From NCBI GenBank assembly GCA_050084515.1, contig CM114271.1, positions 38,502,001-38,566,000 on the forward strand: a DNA stretch of 64,000 bases, in the 5' to 3' direction. The position numbers and the translations under genes are program-made. The notes beneath the pieces were generated by a model. That model did not search any database. It saw only the letters and a list, made by a program, of their open reading frames with translations, and was not told the DNA's origin. Position 1 is the stretch's first letter, and each line of letters opens with the position of its first letter. Shown here in pieces: positions 38,885-52,821 of this stretch. This stretch comes from Blasia pusilla. Lineage: Eukaryota.

Positions 38885-39435
38885 AATTTCAAGTCAAATG
38901 GAACTTCCACCCAAAGGTAAGAAATGAAAAGGTCATTCCAAACCATTGGGATGAAGTTTACTAAGAAAAAATGTATTAAAAGTTTATCATCCTTTCTTGA
39001 TATATGAATTGGACCTAAAACTTTGTAGACAAGTTTATAAAACCATTTTCATTCATCTCAAAAAGTTTCAAGTCGACCAGAGCTCCCATTCAAAAGTAAG
39101 AAATAAAAAGGTCATTTGAGATCTTTGCAATAAGATTTACTAAAGAGAAATGACTTGTGTATTTTTCATGTGTATATGGTTTGGACCTTAAGATTTGTAG
39201 AAATGTGTTTAAGAGTTTTTTAAATCACAATGCAAAGTTTCAAGTCAATTGAAACTTCCATACAAAGGCAAAATATGAAAAGGTCAATTGAGACCTATGT
39301 AATAAGGTTTACGAAGAAAAACATAACTTGCATATTTTTCATCCTTTCGAGGCATATGACATGGACTTGAAAGTATGGAGACAAGTTTATAAGAGTGTTC
39401 ACAAGAACCTTGAAAATTTTCAAATCAAATGGATT
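38878..39435. repeat. ~180-bp tandem array, right block (about 3 units)
   Basis: Same unit and orientation as 33630-35548; markers at ~38976, 39155 and 39328. Confidence 0.88.
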
Positions 39436-40474
39436 GATCCCTCCATGGTGACACATCACTTTCTAGCGCGTCTAAAACATTTAAATACGCATGGGACTCA
39501 AAAATAAACAATTAAGGGCGTTAAGGGGTAGTTAAGTTAGTAGATGGGAGAGAGGAGAGAGGAGGGGAGGGAGAGTCTTTTGATTTTCAAATTCAATGAT
39601 TTTTCACATTTTTTCATATAAATTTTTAAAAATATTTATCAAAAAAAGAATAGGCTTACAAATATTTCAAATCCCAATTAATTCTTCTAAATTTTTTCTT
39701 TCCCTTAAAATTTAAAAGTAAAAAATTATGAAATAAAAATACTCACAAAGTTAAAAAGGTTTTTTTTTTCTTTTAATGATCCTCTTTAAGGAAGTTGAGA
39801 TAAGGGATGGAAAGAAGGACGAGAGGGAGAGTATTTTATTTTTTAGACCGTTTAAGAGGAGAGATTAAATTTAATTAAAATTTTCCTATTTTGATGTATC
39901 CTTTTCTCAAAAAATTGTACGTATGTGGGGCTTAAGAAAAAAGGTCATCCCCAATTAATTATTGAAAAATTTTCTTTCCCTGGAAATTTGAGAATATATA
40001 GTTCATAGCCAATTTCTCTAGATCACTACCTGTCAACGAATCTTTAATCTTTGTAATCTTTAGAAAGTGAAACTAAAGAATAGTAGGAGAAAGATCATGT
40101 GTTGATTTAAAAAAATTTGCTCCAATAGCAAAGTTAGATGCATCAAAATTCATAATCTATAGAAGTAAGAATCATAGAATTGAAGAATTTGTCAAGAACA
40201 AACTTTATTCTTAAATTCTTGAAATCCTTTTTCTTGCTCTTTATCCTCAAGTTATGAAACTTATTTTGAAAATATAAAGGTAAAAGGTGTTGCAATGTGA
40301 GCATAATAATAAACGAAGCACCAAGAAATTAGCAAGTTGATTGAATGTGCAAAGTTTGGTAACATCCTTTGGGATTCGCCATTCTTGCCTATCCTTCATC
40401 TTTTCTTCTTCCATCTTAATCCCTTGTCTCCAAAAAATTTAACCCTTTGCTTCCAAAAGTTCAACTTTGATTTT

Positions 40475-40820
40475 TTACAATAAAAATTATACTACACTAT
40501 GGACTCAATATTTCTCATAGAGATGTTTTGCAGATTTAATGGGTGTTTTACTAGAAGCAACAAAGATCTTCCTACGGGAAGAAAGTTCTATGTTCTCTTT
40601 AGTTGAAGGCTTCTACACTTGGATAGGAGTCATAGGACCTATATATCTTCTTTCATTTTTTCAATAAAAATTCTACTACACCATGGAATCAATATTTCTC
40701 ATAGATGTTTTGCAGACTTAATGGGTGTTTTACTAGAAGCAACACAGATCTTCCTACAAGAAGAAAGTTCTATGTTCTCTTTAGTTGAAGGCTTCTACAC
40801 TTGGATTGGAGTCATAGGAC
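40475..40820. repeat. ~183-bp tandem duplication; the second unit is interrupted by a MITE
   Basis: tcaatatttctcatag...gaaggcttctacacttggat...gagtcataggac occurs twice, and the unit resumes at 41116. Confidence 0.85.
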
Positions 40821-41115
40821 CGAAGCCCATAGTTTGTCCCGGAAGCGCATTAAATGCGAGAGCCAGTACCTTCAACGGGCAGGGGCCACGGGTAGGTAGT
40901 TAAAAATGAATTTTGCAACTAAATAACAAAACCCCCTGTATAACACCGTGAAACGTTGGTAGTATAGTAGACAAGGTCATGGCGTACGGGTGCATTGACC
41001 CGGGTTTGAACTTGACTGCGCTCACCGTTTTGAAACTCCCCCCTCACTTGCTTGCCGGTGTCCAAGCTGCCCGCTCTCGCATTTAATGCGTTTCGGGGAC
41101 AAACTATGGGCTTGG
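40821..41115. mobile_element. hAT-type MITE, 295 bp, with an internal tRNA-like segment
   Basis: About 40-bp imperfect TIRs (aagcccatagtttgtccc...cgcattaaatgcgagagc) and a perfect 8-bp TSD CATAGGAC (40813-40820 and 41116-41123). Confidence 0.9.
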
Positions 41116-44100
41116 CATAGGACCTATATATCTTCTTTCATTTTTTCAAAAAATTTTATTAGTATGTAAATGAATATGAATAAACTAGTGAAAAATTAGA
41201 TTGGGCCCCAAGTAAGTCTAGGATAGTTTGAGACAAAATTTTAATCATAACAGATTATTTCAAAAAGTGTGATTATTCTTGGGTGAAAATTATAGCATGA
41301 TTGGATTACAAAATTTTCTATTTTCCTCAAAAAAGGTTGAAATTTATATCCTTTAAAAAAATTGAGTAAGACTTTGGAATTGCATAAGTAGTTAAAGAGG
41401 GAAGAAAAAAATGTTGGAGATTAAAAAATCCTCTTTGGTTTAGCACCATTAATCTGAACAATGCATCATTAAGATGGCTTAGAAAAATTATATTCATAGA
41501 ATTGAAGAAAATAGATTTCTTGCACAATCAAATAGTTAGAGAATTGTAGTGGTAGTGGATTTTTGTATGTTCAATTTTCTTCCATGTTCAAGTTCCATTG
41601 AAGCTCTACTGTCGCCGCACGGACGGATTAGGCCACGTTGCACATTCAAGATTTATTCTATTTTCAGTGATTTTCTTGCATTGTGTTTTCTTATAAAAGA
41701 CCTAGTGGTTCTAGTAATTTATTTATTTATTAAAAAAAATTTGAACGATAATTTTTTTGTAGCATTAATGATTGGGATGTCATAGAATAGTAGATTAGAG
41801 TAGTTTTAACATTTTTTTTTGGAATGTTTTGTTTTTCAGTTACTCTTATTTCCTCGAATGTAAGTTAATTCTTTTAATGAAGGGTTGGATAGCCTAAATG
41901 GAAGATGTCATAATAAAACCTCTTCAATTCGTTCTTCGTTCTCTATCTGGTATAAAGGAGTATGCAATCTTAAGGAACTCCGACTAAAGCTTTGAATTTT
42001 CTTATTGGCATTGTGAAGCAAGACACTCAAGCTCTAGCCAATTTCCCAATAGCTACAAATACATTTGAATTAGAATATGTACCACAAGTTTACAAATCAT
42101 ATATACATTTAATCATCAACATTATCATTTGCTTGCTCTCTCATTGCATTAACTTAAATAGATGAGGCAGAAATTTGCAAATTACTAATAAAATAATATA
42201 AATAGATTTGTTAGAAAGACTAGGGCCCCTCATAATAGAGTGTAGACTTACTTTTGGTAGAAACTAAAAGTGATAAGAGAGTGGGTTGTACAATTTAAAA
42301 TCTAGAATACAAATTTTACCATGAGACGTGTGGCATAATTTAAGGTAGCATGTTACTAGATACATCAACAAGAGAGCCTCAAATCCATATGGTGTTGATA
42401 GTAGGGATGATAATTATAATTTTTTATTATCATGCTTTGTTGAGAAATGGAAAATGCATTATCGTTTGAATCTTGTCTAGATTGTGACTTGCTACATCTC
42501 TATGTTTTTTGATAAATAAACTCTTCTGAAAATCAGTTTTTTTCATATCTTCAATGCCTTCTATTTTGTTAAATTTACTAATTCAGTAATGCCTAAAACA
42601 TGCATAAGCTTGACATTGCTTTACAAAGCTATGTCGTAAGTGTAGAAGCTTGATGAATGTGAATTTTTACATTTATTTTTAATGATCTATCTTTAATCCT
42701 TATCTTGAAATTGGCTTACATATGGTATAATTTTCTCTATCGTATTATTTAAATAGGAGTAAAATTGATATTGAATTGTAAAAATTTACTAAATAAAATT
42801 AGGATTGTTACTAGTGACATCAGGTTTCTTGAGCCACATAGTGATTAATACTCTACAACGTAAGATGACTAGTAGTTCATGCTTCATAATCTAAATATCT
42901 TAGGATTGCATTTGAAATATAGGTGGAGGTCCTTGAAATTGAGACGTAAATCTTGGTTAGGCACTTGTTAGATATGTCACGTCTTTTAGGATAGATCGAC
43001 GGGTTTTGATAGAGCACCTTCGAAGACATTGGAGGACGGCCTCAAGAGGTCGAGGATGACAAGTTGAGGCTTTGGGTAACCTAAGAGAGCAAATTTCCCC
43101 ATCGTTTTGGCTCCTTTGGAGATATATTGAAAAATTTACTATTTCAGGTAAGTTGTCATCAGAATTAGAATAAAATTTCCACTTTTGGAATTGGCTCTTG
43201 ACACCCTACAGTAGGTCAAGAGCCAAAGAGGTGACCTGCGAGCATAAGGTACCATAGAAAGAGTTTGGGAGAGGGAAGGGGATATACCCAAAGAGAGAGA
43301 GCCTTAGAACTCATTCTCTCTTTTTTGAACCTCTTGGCATGAGGCGGTGCAACTATGGTATACATAACCTTGCGAGTAATCCAAGTCTCTCACTAGGAGA
43401 GTAGGTTTGGTTTGACATAAGAGAGAGATGGAGTTTATGTACACATTGTGAGATATGTAAGTGCTTGTGATTTATTGGAAATATTTTGGTACACGATCAT
43501 CTAGATGCCATGAGAGAGTATGATATATTGTGTGTTAGCGTGTGTATTCGGTGACATCAACGTATATTATGTTGTTATGTGTATGTGCACGACGAATTCA
43601 CAGTCAAGTTTTCTAAGTTGAAAAAGACAACATATCTTGTAATTTTTGGTCCATGATAAAGAAACTCAATATATAAAGTTTGATTGCTATTCCACTCCAT
43701 CATCAAAGTTAGAAGTTGTATTTGAGATGTCAAAAAAGTTCTTTGTGGATCTTGCATGATGTCATAGGGAGAACAAATGTGCCTCTAAACTCGATGCGAG
43801 ACAAAATACTCCCACTAGAGGTTTTGTCCAATTTATGGACTTGGCTTCCATATTATGTCATTTGAGTATTAGAGATAAGCTAAGGATTATTTTGTCCAAA
43901 TTTCATTGTGTTACAAGAACTCGTTGTTGAAATTTGAATTACTTATGGATTTCATACCTATGTGATGACGATAGTTAGAAAGGATTCTTCACGAGCCCTC
44001 TATTTCATTCATGAGACTTAAAGTCGAACATAACTTTAAAATATGTAGTTGGGGCATAAACAAGCCTACCATTCTATCTTTGGGTTATAAATACCTGCAT

Positions 44101-44487
44101 TTCCATATTGAAATTAGTAGTTTTCTTGCTTACGAGACTGAAAGATTTCACGAAGCAGATGACGGGAATCGCTACACATAAGCTTTTTCACGAAACTGCT
44201 TTGGATCTCTCTCACTCCGTGCCCATGGGGCAGAATAGGAAGTGAAGGTTCATGTTATGCAACCATTATAAAGAAGATTTTCTGGATCTCCTTTGGGATC
44301 TATATAAATCCAGTCTTATTGAGAGCAAGCGGATGCCTATGGTATGAGAAGAATTTATTTAGTAAAAAAGGAATTAAAAAAAAAGCAGATGAAGGAAAAC
44401 CCATAAAAAAAAACTCATAGAATCAAGTACGCGAAGGCCACAACCGGCGGACCGGATCTTGGGTTTAGGAAGATTCCCCACTTGAGC

Positions 44488-44609
44488 TGGCGTCTCAAAA
44501 GCCTAGATATTCCGAAGTGCTTAGGATCTATCTGAACCCCTTCTTCTTGGCGTCTGAAAAGACTAGATATTCCGAAGTGCTTAGGATCTATCTGAACCCC
44601 TTCTTCTTG
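44488..44609. repeat. 60-bp tandem duplication overlapping the predicted gene X stop codon
   Basis: tggcgtct.aaaag.ctagatattccgaagtgcttaggatctatctgaaccccttcttct occurs twice; the paralogous region (~54243-54303) has one copy. Confidence 0.9.
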
Positions 44610-47600
44610 AGAGGAAGCGTGGGAAGTGGGGGTTCGTGTCTGAAACACTGCTGACGAAGGTATTCAAGCTTTTCTTCATAGGTGCTGTAGGGAGGTTTGG
44701 CCACTTTGGCATTAACGAAGACCTGCTGCAGGTGGGTGCGCAGGAACGAGTGCTCGGAAACTCGAACCAGAGGGGTCACTTTGTAGATGCAGTGCGATGC
44801 CGCCAGCAGAAACTGCAGAGGCACGATCGATGTGTTCGTCAGTACCAGTTTAGAAACTATGTGTGTGTGTGTGTGTGTGTGTGACGAACTAGCAAAGAGA
44901 GGATGTGTAGGCCTCTCTACATCCTTCACTTCCCGACTACTTGGTTTAGATGGGGATGGAGGACAAGTTCTGTTTCATGAAACAAGCTTCCCTTCATCAC
45001 TGGGGATTCACAAGCTTTACTCGACTACGAGAGAAGTGAAGCACTTGCCCTTTGGATTTCTTTCACCCCGAAGCGCAGATCAGCTGTTTTGACCGAAAAT
45101 TCGAAGATATCCTGCAATTTACAGTATGGCAACGATAACTGAAGTGAGACGCGCTAAGTTACAAAATACATCAAAGGTATTTATCGGCACCGATAGTACA
45201 GTTTGTTTTGATGAGGCCTCTAGGAAGTAGCGGAGATGGTAGTCAAAAAAATGGAAGGAAGTGTTTAGAGGATGACGTGCCATCTGAATCTCAGTGAGAA
45301 GCAAGAGCAGCAAGTTGATTGACGGGGTATTAGCATGGTTGATGAGATCGCAAATCCTCAAGACATGGACAGTGTGGAGGGGAAATTCACCAGTGGTGTT
45401 TGAAGGGCATATATGCTAATCGCAGCCGCCAAAAAGTCATCCCAATGTTCTCCAAGTGCTAGCCATTTCTAACGTCATACAACATGGATGGTTGGGGGTA
45501 AATATGCCACTGAAGAACTGATGCTGTTGTTCAATTTACTTGCCAGCATATCTTGCTCAAAATTTATTATTAGTTCAGTCGATATTTTCTCTCGTCGATT
45601 TCATGAAATTTTGATAACAACCTTATTTGCATCCTTTCCCTTGATAGATAGTTTGCCTCAGTAAAATTCCTCAAATTGGATAAGCAGACCTTAGTGTACC
45701 TTGAGGTGAGGCATGATGAGCCGCACATCCACTTCTAAGTCTACTTGAGTCCACGCATTTGCAAACACCGTCATCTGAGGCTCATCACTTTTGGTCTTTC
45801 CTTTGGTTGCTTCCGCTTCTGCTTTCTGTATCGCAGCTGCGACGGCAGCAGCTTTGGATTCTGATGAACTGAGGTCTGGTAAACCAGGAGTAGGAGCATC
45901 TGGGGCCAGAGGTTGCTCGGGCTCCACTTTCGGCTCGACGTAATCTGGAATTGCTAGCCTAAGCGCAGCTATTGCAGTTTCTTTCCGGGAGTCAAGAGCC
46001 TCCTGCAACAGTTCAGCGCAGGTTTAGAGATGCCATTTCTGCCAAAACCCTGGAATCCCCAAGCCCATCCAGTTAGTCCCCCGGTTAGACTGCCACCAAC
46101 CTATGTCAAGGACATGAGAAGAATTCAGAGGATCATTTTTCAGAGTATTCCCACATACCATCGATTCAGGGATTTCAGCTGAATGCAAATCTTCCAGGTT
46201 GCTCTTGATTTCTGTGGCAAAGTTTGGGAGAAGTTCATCGACTATGAAATGATAAATCTGCTCAAGGAAGAACAGAAGAATATGATGTTAGGGTAGAGGA
46301 GGTTAGGAATCGATCCATCAAATTCAAATATCCACAATTCAAAATTTTGATTATTGAGCTTATCGCCCCACCTAAGCTGCATTCTGGTGAAAGCAAGGCT
46401 TTCTCAGCTTACCTTCTCACTGTATGTTGCAGCTGGTGGAGCCCTTTTATATAGTTCTGCACAATCCTCAACATGGGTGGCTTTCGATAAACAGAAGAAT
46501 AGAGATGGGTTCCGATAAACGTGAGATTTACAGACTTACACTGCTATGGAGGGATAAATGAAACCATTTAATTACTGTCCCAAATAAACCCAAGATATGA
46601 GACCATAAGAAGAAAGCATCAGAGTCAGTTAGCATGTATCCCAACCATCGTAAGGCAACTGAATGAATGCAAAGTGCACGAATGCGTTCATCCATTCAAT
46701 CTAGAAGTCAAATCGTTATCTAAGACTACCGAAATGCTTGAAACCCTTGATCGGCTAAGAGCCTTTCTTTGACCTGGGTGGGTGACAAGATTACCAGAAT
46801 GCAGATGTAACATAACTGGAAAGAAACCCCAGCTCGACAGGTGATAGCAGCCAGGGGGGTTGTTAATGGGCACATACTTCTCGAAGTGCAGTTTTAGCTT
46901 GTTTTCTGCAGGAAGAACTCGTTGTTTTTATGCCATCGGGAGTCTCAAATATCTTGCTACGATATTTCCCTAGCATGTAAACCATCCTAAATGAAGTATT
47001 TTGTGTGAACTAAGAAACGCACTGTTAGACTTCAGAAAGTGAGATGATCATTCGACAAAAGACTTGGTAAGAATTATCAATCTTACCGGTGAAAGGCACT
47101 GGAGATAACTTCATCACGCGAAATAAGTTTTGAAATTGTTCCTGCATGAAAGGAAAATGGGCAAGCATTTAAAATTGGAGGAACACTCCTCAACCTTTCC
47201 ATGCCCGCTGATATGTCCTAACAAAAGAGATCTTCATCAAATTAAATGCGGAGCTGCACATTGAAAGGGGGCCTACTAGGTACTAGTTTTAGACCTTTCG
47301 ATCCAGCTCACTACATAGTCATTTCCCTTCTACCACTTCGTGGAACCAAGTTTGAAACAAAATCCCTCTTTTATGGATAATATTATAATATTACGTAGAT
47401 AGATAGAAAGTTTGTATAGCATTGGAGCCGCTGACCAAAAATCTTTTCGCCCAAAAATTCAAAGGAAAACATTTTTGCTGCCCGTATTACCAAAACATTT
47501 TCCTCCTGCTCCATTTTCGATCAAAGATATGTTTACAAATAAATAAATTATCTTGAGCTATTTCGGCGAAGAGTGAAGTGTCCTTTATATCTACATATTC

Positions 47601-50600
47601 TCTTTCAAAGCTCTGAGTTTTCATTAGAAGCACATCCTATATTTATTCTACAATAGCTTATAGCTTTCTATGAACTTAATGCAGATCACTTTGGTCCCCA
47701 TGAGAACGCATTAGAAGATTAAGAAACTGACCAGATTGAGTACACCAAAGTCCTTGTCTTCTAGCTCCTTTCCTTGTCCAGAAAACCATAGAATCATAGC
47801 TTGGATCCCACCTGCATCATTCGGTATCAGATTGTCATACATCAAGTTTGTAGTGGCTCTACAATTCTGAGATTGTTGAGATAATCCATGAATTATCATG
47901 ACACCACTGTGGGTATCTGGCATGTAATCTCCATCCATGACCACTGGGACAGAAAGTACCTAAGCGAGTTATTGATATACTGCATCTTCCAAACATGAAA
48001 GCAAGAATGAGTCGAGTGTTTCATTGGTTTCCTAGATTCTGGAGAAATGGAATATGTAAACAAAGAAACTGGTTTGTTGTCAACCAGAACTGAAGTGGCT
48101 ATGGGACTTAGGTTTCAAGACTTGGAGAAAGAAAGTTGCCGAAGGATGAAAAATAATGTCGTGATCAAAGAAACTAACCACTGTATGATCTCAGAATCTC
48201 TTGAGCAACCATAAACTCATCGTTGCGGAAAGCCTCGTCCTTATCTTCCATAACTTTCATCAGAAGTTCTGGTATCCCATAAGCTGGCCAATCTGCAAAA
48301 AATTGTCTACATGTGAGTCACGACCAAATCCACTGCTAGAATAGAATATACAGCAGTACCAAAACTCACATGAGGCGTCCATTTCTTACTCTGGGCCGGA
48401 CCTACACTTGAGCAGCAGGAAAAGTTTATATAGATGCTTCTGCAACCGTATAGAGTAGCTACTGCAGATAATAAATCGGATGCACAACAACGCTTGAGTG
48501 ATTGGATTCAGTTCAATGCCAATGAGACCTTTCTATTACTTCTAAACCCGCAAAACGATTTTTAGTGGGCTTCACTCTTTTTATTAGATTCTCTCAGGCC
48601 CCCTCTATCTTCTTTGATGGATTTCTTCACATCAATTTTGTATGCATGGGGGCATTTGCTCTTCCATACTGTGATCCTAATGAACTTTCCTACTTTAAAA
48701 CTCCATTAAGCACATTTCAGATACGACACTGCTTCATCAAAGATGAGACGAACAGGTGAATAACTATGCAGCATCAACTCCTACCAGCTGCTGGCTAATC
48801 AGAGACATCATTCACTGCACTACATACGAGGAACTCTGAAAGTTTGGATTCGTTGCTGATACTGAGATTAAAACGTTTAGAAAATAGCATTTCTCCTTCA
48901 TGGGACTTATCGCTGTTGGGGTCCAGATGTGGGTTTACCCTTCCCTGACCAAGGATCGTCAACTTTTAGCTTTTGTAGGTTCCATAGGGCAGAGGAAGAG
49001 GTGAAGAGTTAGTACTACCAATGAATGTTATAATATCAACAGGCGTTTGAACTTCCACCTCGAAAAATTGTGGTGGGGGTGGATCTTCGGGAGGTGGAGG
49101 ATTTCCCGTATTGTCTGGATCTTGGAGAGGAGCAGGAGGCGGCGGTGGCGGTGGAGGTGGAGGATCCTCTTGTCCCTTCTTCTTTTTCTGTATGGCCCCA
49201 TATTGTTTATCAGTCTTTGAAGAAAAAAATATTGATACCATCAATAAACTTCATAGCTTTCCCGCACAATCTCTACGTACAGGTGAAACAACTCGTTTTA
49301 CAGCAAGTTGAAGTGGGATTTGAATCTCGAGCTAATGGTTGTGCGAAAAGATGTAAATTGAAAGTTGCATTGCAGCTGCATCCGTCTTCCTGGGATAAAT
49401 TCAATTAAGCTATCATTACAATCGACGTACGGGCATTATTTGTAGTCTGAAAACTCGTGGTAAGTTCAGAGTTTACCTTCTTCTTAGGTGGAGGTATCTT
49501 CGAGGGTGGCACATCAACAATGAGAGGACCCTCTGCAAAGTATGAGAAGCAGGGTCAGTCTAGTGGGCACGTATTGGACTCGATAAAGAAGTGAGCAATG
49601 ACACTATAGGTAGCTGCAAATGGTCCAAGGAAAATCAATACAAGAGAGAACATCAGCTCTATCAAGCTAGGAAATATTTCATGATGAGGACGGGATTCAG
49701 ATACCTATATCCACCTGGGAACCTTATGGCATTACATGTCACTCAAACAGATTAGAGAATTTGTACATGAAGAGAAGAGAAGAGCTTGGAACCAGATTTG
49801 AGAGCTTTCTAAGAGAATATCAAGGCATACATTGTAAGTCACAGGAAGAAATGAGGTGGTTTGTAATTAGCAGAACTTTTGTTTGTTGCGATGGGAACGA
49901 AAAGATGTTTTGTAGTCCGTATTGGTAAAGGCGTAAAACAGCTGCATATGCAACGTAATTTGGTGAGCTTTGGCCAGCTGACATACTCGGCATAGTTTCA
50001 AGAAATTCCTCTATCAGTTCCTTAGGACTTGGATCTGCAGATCGGCCCTCCCAAGGTTCTCTGAATGTTCTCGGGCCACCTGTAATAGTCACTCACTCTT
50101 TGTTGGCCACAAAGCTCGATATCTTCGAGTGGAATCGTTAAAAGGACTTTTCAGTATGAACACCGTGCAAATCGCCATATGGAATGACTTGTTAGCATGA
50201 CCATTTTTAAATGATTTTTTAATAACCTAAAATTCTTTATCATTTCAAATTTATGTATAATTTTCACTTTTAAATTAATTAGATTCTTCAATTAAAATTT
50301 AAATAATACCAAAATCTCCTAAATAGTTCTATTTTTTCATAAAATTTTAAAGAATACCCATTCTTCTCACCAAAATAATATTTACTAATGGAATTATTAA
50401 TTAATAAAATAATTTCCACTTTCTTATATTTCTTATATTGAATTTGTCCTTTCTTATAATATCAAACATGAATTAACATGATTCTCTTTTAAAATAGTCA
50501 TTTTTTTTAAAATTTAAATATAAGAAATATTTTTTAAATTTTAGAGAATAATAACATTTCATTCTCCCAAATAATTTCACTCTTCAATTAAAATTTAAAT

Positions 50601-52697
50601 GATATCTCACTCTCTTAAATAATTTCATCCTTCCATAATTTTTAAACAATATTTACTTCTTTTCCATTAAATTCATTTTCCATGGGAAGGTATTGTTTCC
50701 GGTCCATCCTAGGCGACTAATTGTCATAAACGCTTAGCTTTTTTCCCTATCTCTAGCTACATCTTTGTCCACTGTTTTTATTTTATGAAGTAAGGAGAAA
50801 ATTGTAATTTTTTATAATTATCCCACAATTTTATCTTATTGTAAATTTAATATCACCCAATATAATATAATTATTTATGAATAAAAATATCTTTCTCTTC
50901 CACTCAAATTCATTTCCTTTATCCATCTAAATCGAATCAAACGACAAATTTCAAATACAATATAACGCTTTTTCTTTAATTCTTATATTTTAACAATGTT
51001 ACAATTTTTTTCTCATTATTTCACTATTTTTTCTTATTATCCTTATAATATTTCCCATTATAATATTAAAATATATATATATATATATTATTTTCCATAT
51101 AAGGTAATCCATTATAATATACATGGTACCATAATAATAATAATATCTCAAAAACTTAATAGAAATGGGAAATACTTACTCAAGCACCAAGGATGGCCAA
51201 CTCACTTGCATAGTCAATAATGACTTGTGCACCGTTACGAAGAACCTCCCTGATGGGTTTGTTCACATCGAGGACAACACCATCCTGGATTTCCAAGTCT
51301 ATGGTTAGATATGTTCCAGCTACAAGCCAAATCAAAACAAACGAAAATTAAAACACTTGATATTAGGAGTTGGGTTACCCTTTGCATATGACCTGCAAGT
51401 ACATAACTCGCCTAATCTCCCGTTTTTTCCTATTTTGTATCACGGAAACATGATTCGCAAAAGAAAGTCTCAAGAAAACATTCTTCTCAAAGACAGATCT
51501 TAGGCCACGAGCGGCTGCAATAGACAAGGTGGTGAACACTTCATGGCTTATGAAGAGTGAGACTTCTACAAAGTACATATTTTCTCCTGCCAGAATAAGG
51601 GTGATTAATTAAAATATGGTATCTGCGGGATCGAGTCTAGTCTGCAGTTATCATATCGTCGCAGGATGTAGTAGTTTTGGCAGAGCAACACTCCAGAAGC
51701 AAGAGCACGAAATACTCGACGACAAGTCCCTCCGGGAAAACCCACTTCTTCAGTGAGGGTGTACCACAGTTCTGATGGCTAACGGGATGAACTTGTTTGG
51801 CGCTTGATCTGCACGTGTGCATCAATCACATCACTAGGTGAGTCGTGCGAAACCCTAAACGCTGAAATTAAATCAGCGTTTTGGAAGAGTTCTTCAACAT
51901 TCTTACCACATCATCCCTGAAGAGCAACTCAGACACTAGAGCGGATACTCCTTTATTTTTAGCAATTCAAACGTGGGAGTACTTGCGGCGCAGAAGCTAA
52001 CTAAAGTCCAATTCCATCATCCACCATCATAGATAAGCATTTCTCAGAGGATTCTTGAAATTTTTTGTGACCAACGAATCCGCACAAATCAGATAATTGT
52101 TCTCTTTGTTAGTCCGACCTTTCGCAAAAGCCACTCGAATGCAAGCAGATTGACCAAGCCAGCAAAGTGGTTGATGACCGTATCCACAAGGCAGGGTGAA
52201 TGTACTTCTCCTTACATCCCACTTGTCGATGGTTTCTATTACTTCCGCCTGTACCAAGTCATAAAACACGTCACATGTCAAAGTGCAAGAGGAATATGGA
52301 CATCATCACAACCACCAACATAAAGTGGTCTGCTATCAACGATGCTGGATTGTCTACTTACCTCTACAAATATGGGGATTTTCAAACCGCCATGTGTATC
52401 ACAGTCTTCTAGTCTTCTGCTTTGAATTCTGTTCATCTCCAGACTCCTCCTAATTTTTGCCGGCATCTCTGGTGGGGGTGGTGGCTCCTTGTAGTCTGGT
52501 CCTGAGATGATGCCATGGTCTGAGCATTCTGACGGCTTCTCCGTATCGAATTCTTCATATTTGAGAACACAGTAGGTTTTGTCGGTTTTCTTTGGGATGA
52601 TGATCTTCTTCTCCCCTGGTTCTCTGACTTTAGGGGGTTTACCAGCGCTCCAGAATGTCTCACTGCGAATCGGTTTCACTTCTCTCCTTGGCTCCAT
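44588..52697 (-). CDS. Gene X: uncharacterised multi-exon protein with a Par3/HAL-N-terminal-like (ubiquitin-fold) region and a polyproline tract
   Basis: Phase-checked exons 52697-52362, 52248-52119, 51319-51206, 50079-49987 and 49532-49477. More GT-AG coding exons lie near 49190-49017, 48290-48180, 47810-47730, 47140-47087, 46455-46413, 46257-46159, 46002-45700, 45470-45390 and 44812-44588; these boundaries are approximate. TLPCGYGHQPLCWLGQSACIR...GVVLDVNKPIREVL resembles the Par3/HAL N-terminal pattern. Confidence 0.7.
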
Positions 52698-52821
52698 CTT
52701 TTCCGGTTGCCCTCAATTGCTTTAGGATTACTAATGTGGTTCAGGCTCCGTAGTTCGCTGTTGGATATGCTCCTCTTCTCTGTATAGTTAAACATAAATT
52801 ATGTATTTGTGCCGAACGGTA

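Noticed and set aside
33630-39435. Regular repeats as a CRISPR array or functional centromere
   Set aside because: The units are contiguous with no unique spacers and no cas genes are present. The array is too short and diverged to call a centromere.
40950-41030. Functional tRNA gene
   Set aside because: The acceptor and anticodon stems do not pair and the B box is mutated. Kept only as a tRNA-derived relic.
42800-43920. LTR-like segment with several TG...CA candidate ends
   Set aside because: No matching TSD, PBS or PPT could be paired with any candidate end.
29575-51302. The 1.2-kb inverted repeat as TIRs of one giant DNA transposon
   Set aside because: The right arm is exon and intron sequence of an apparently intact gene, and no TSD flanks the pair.
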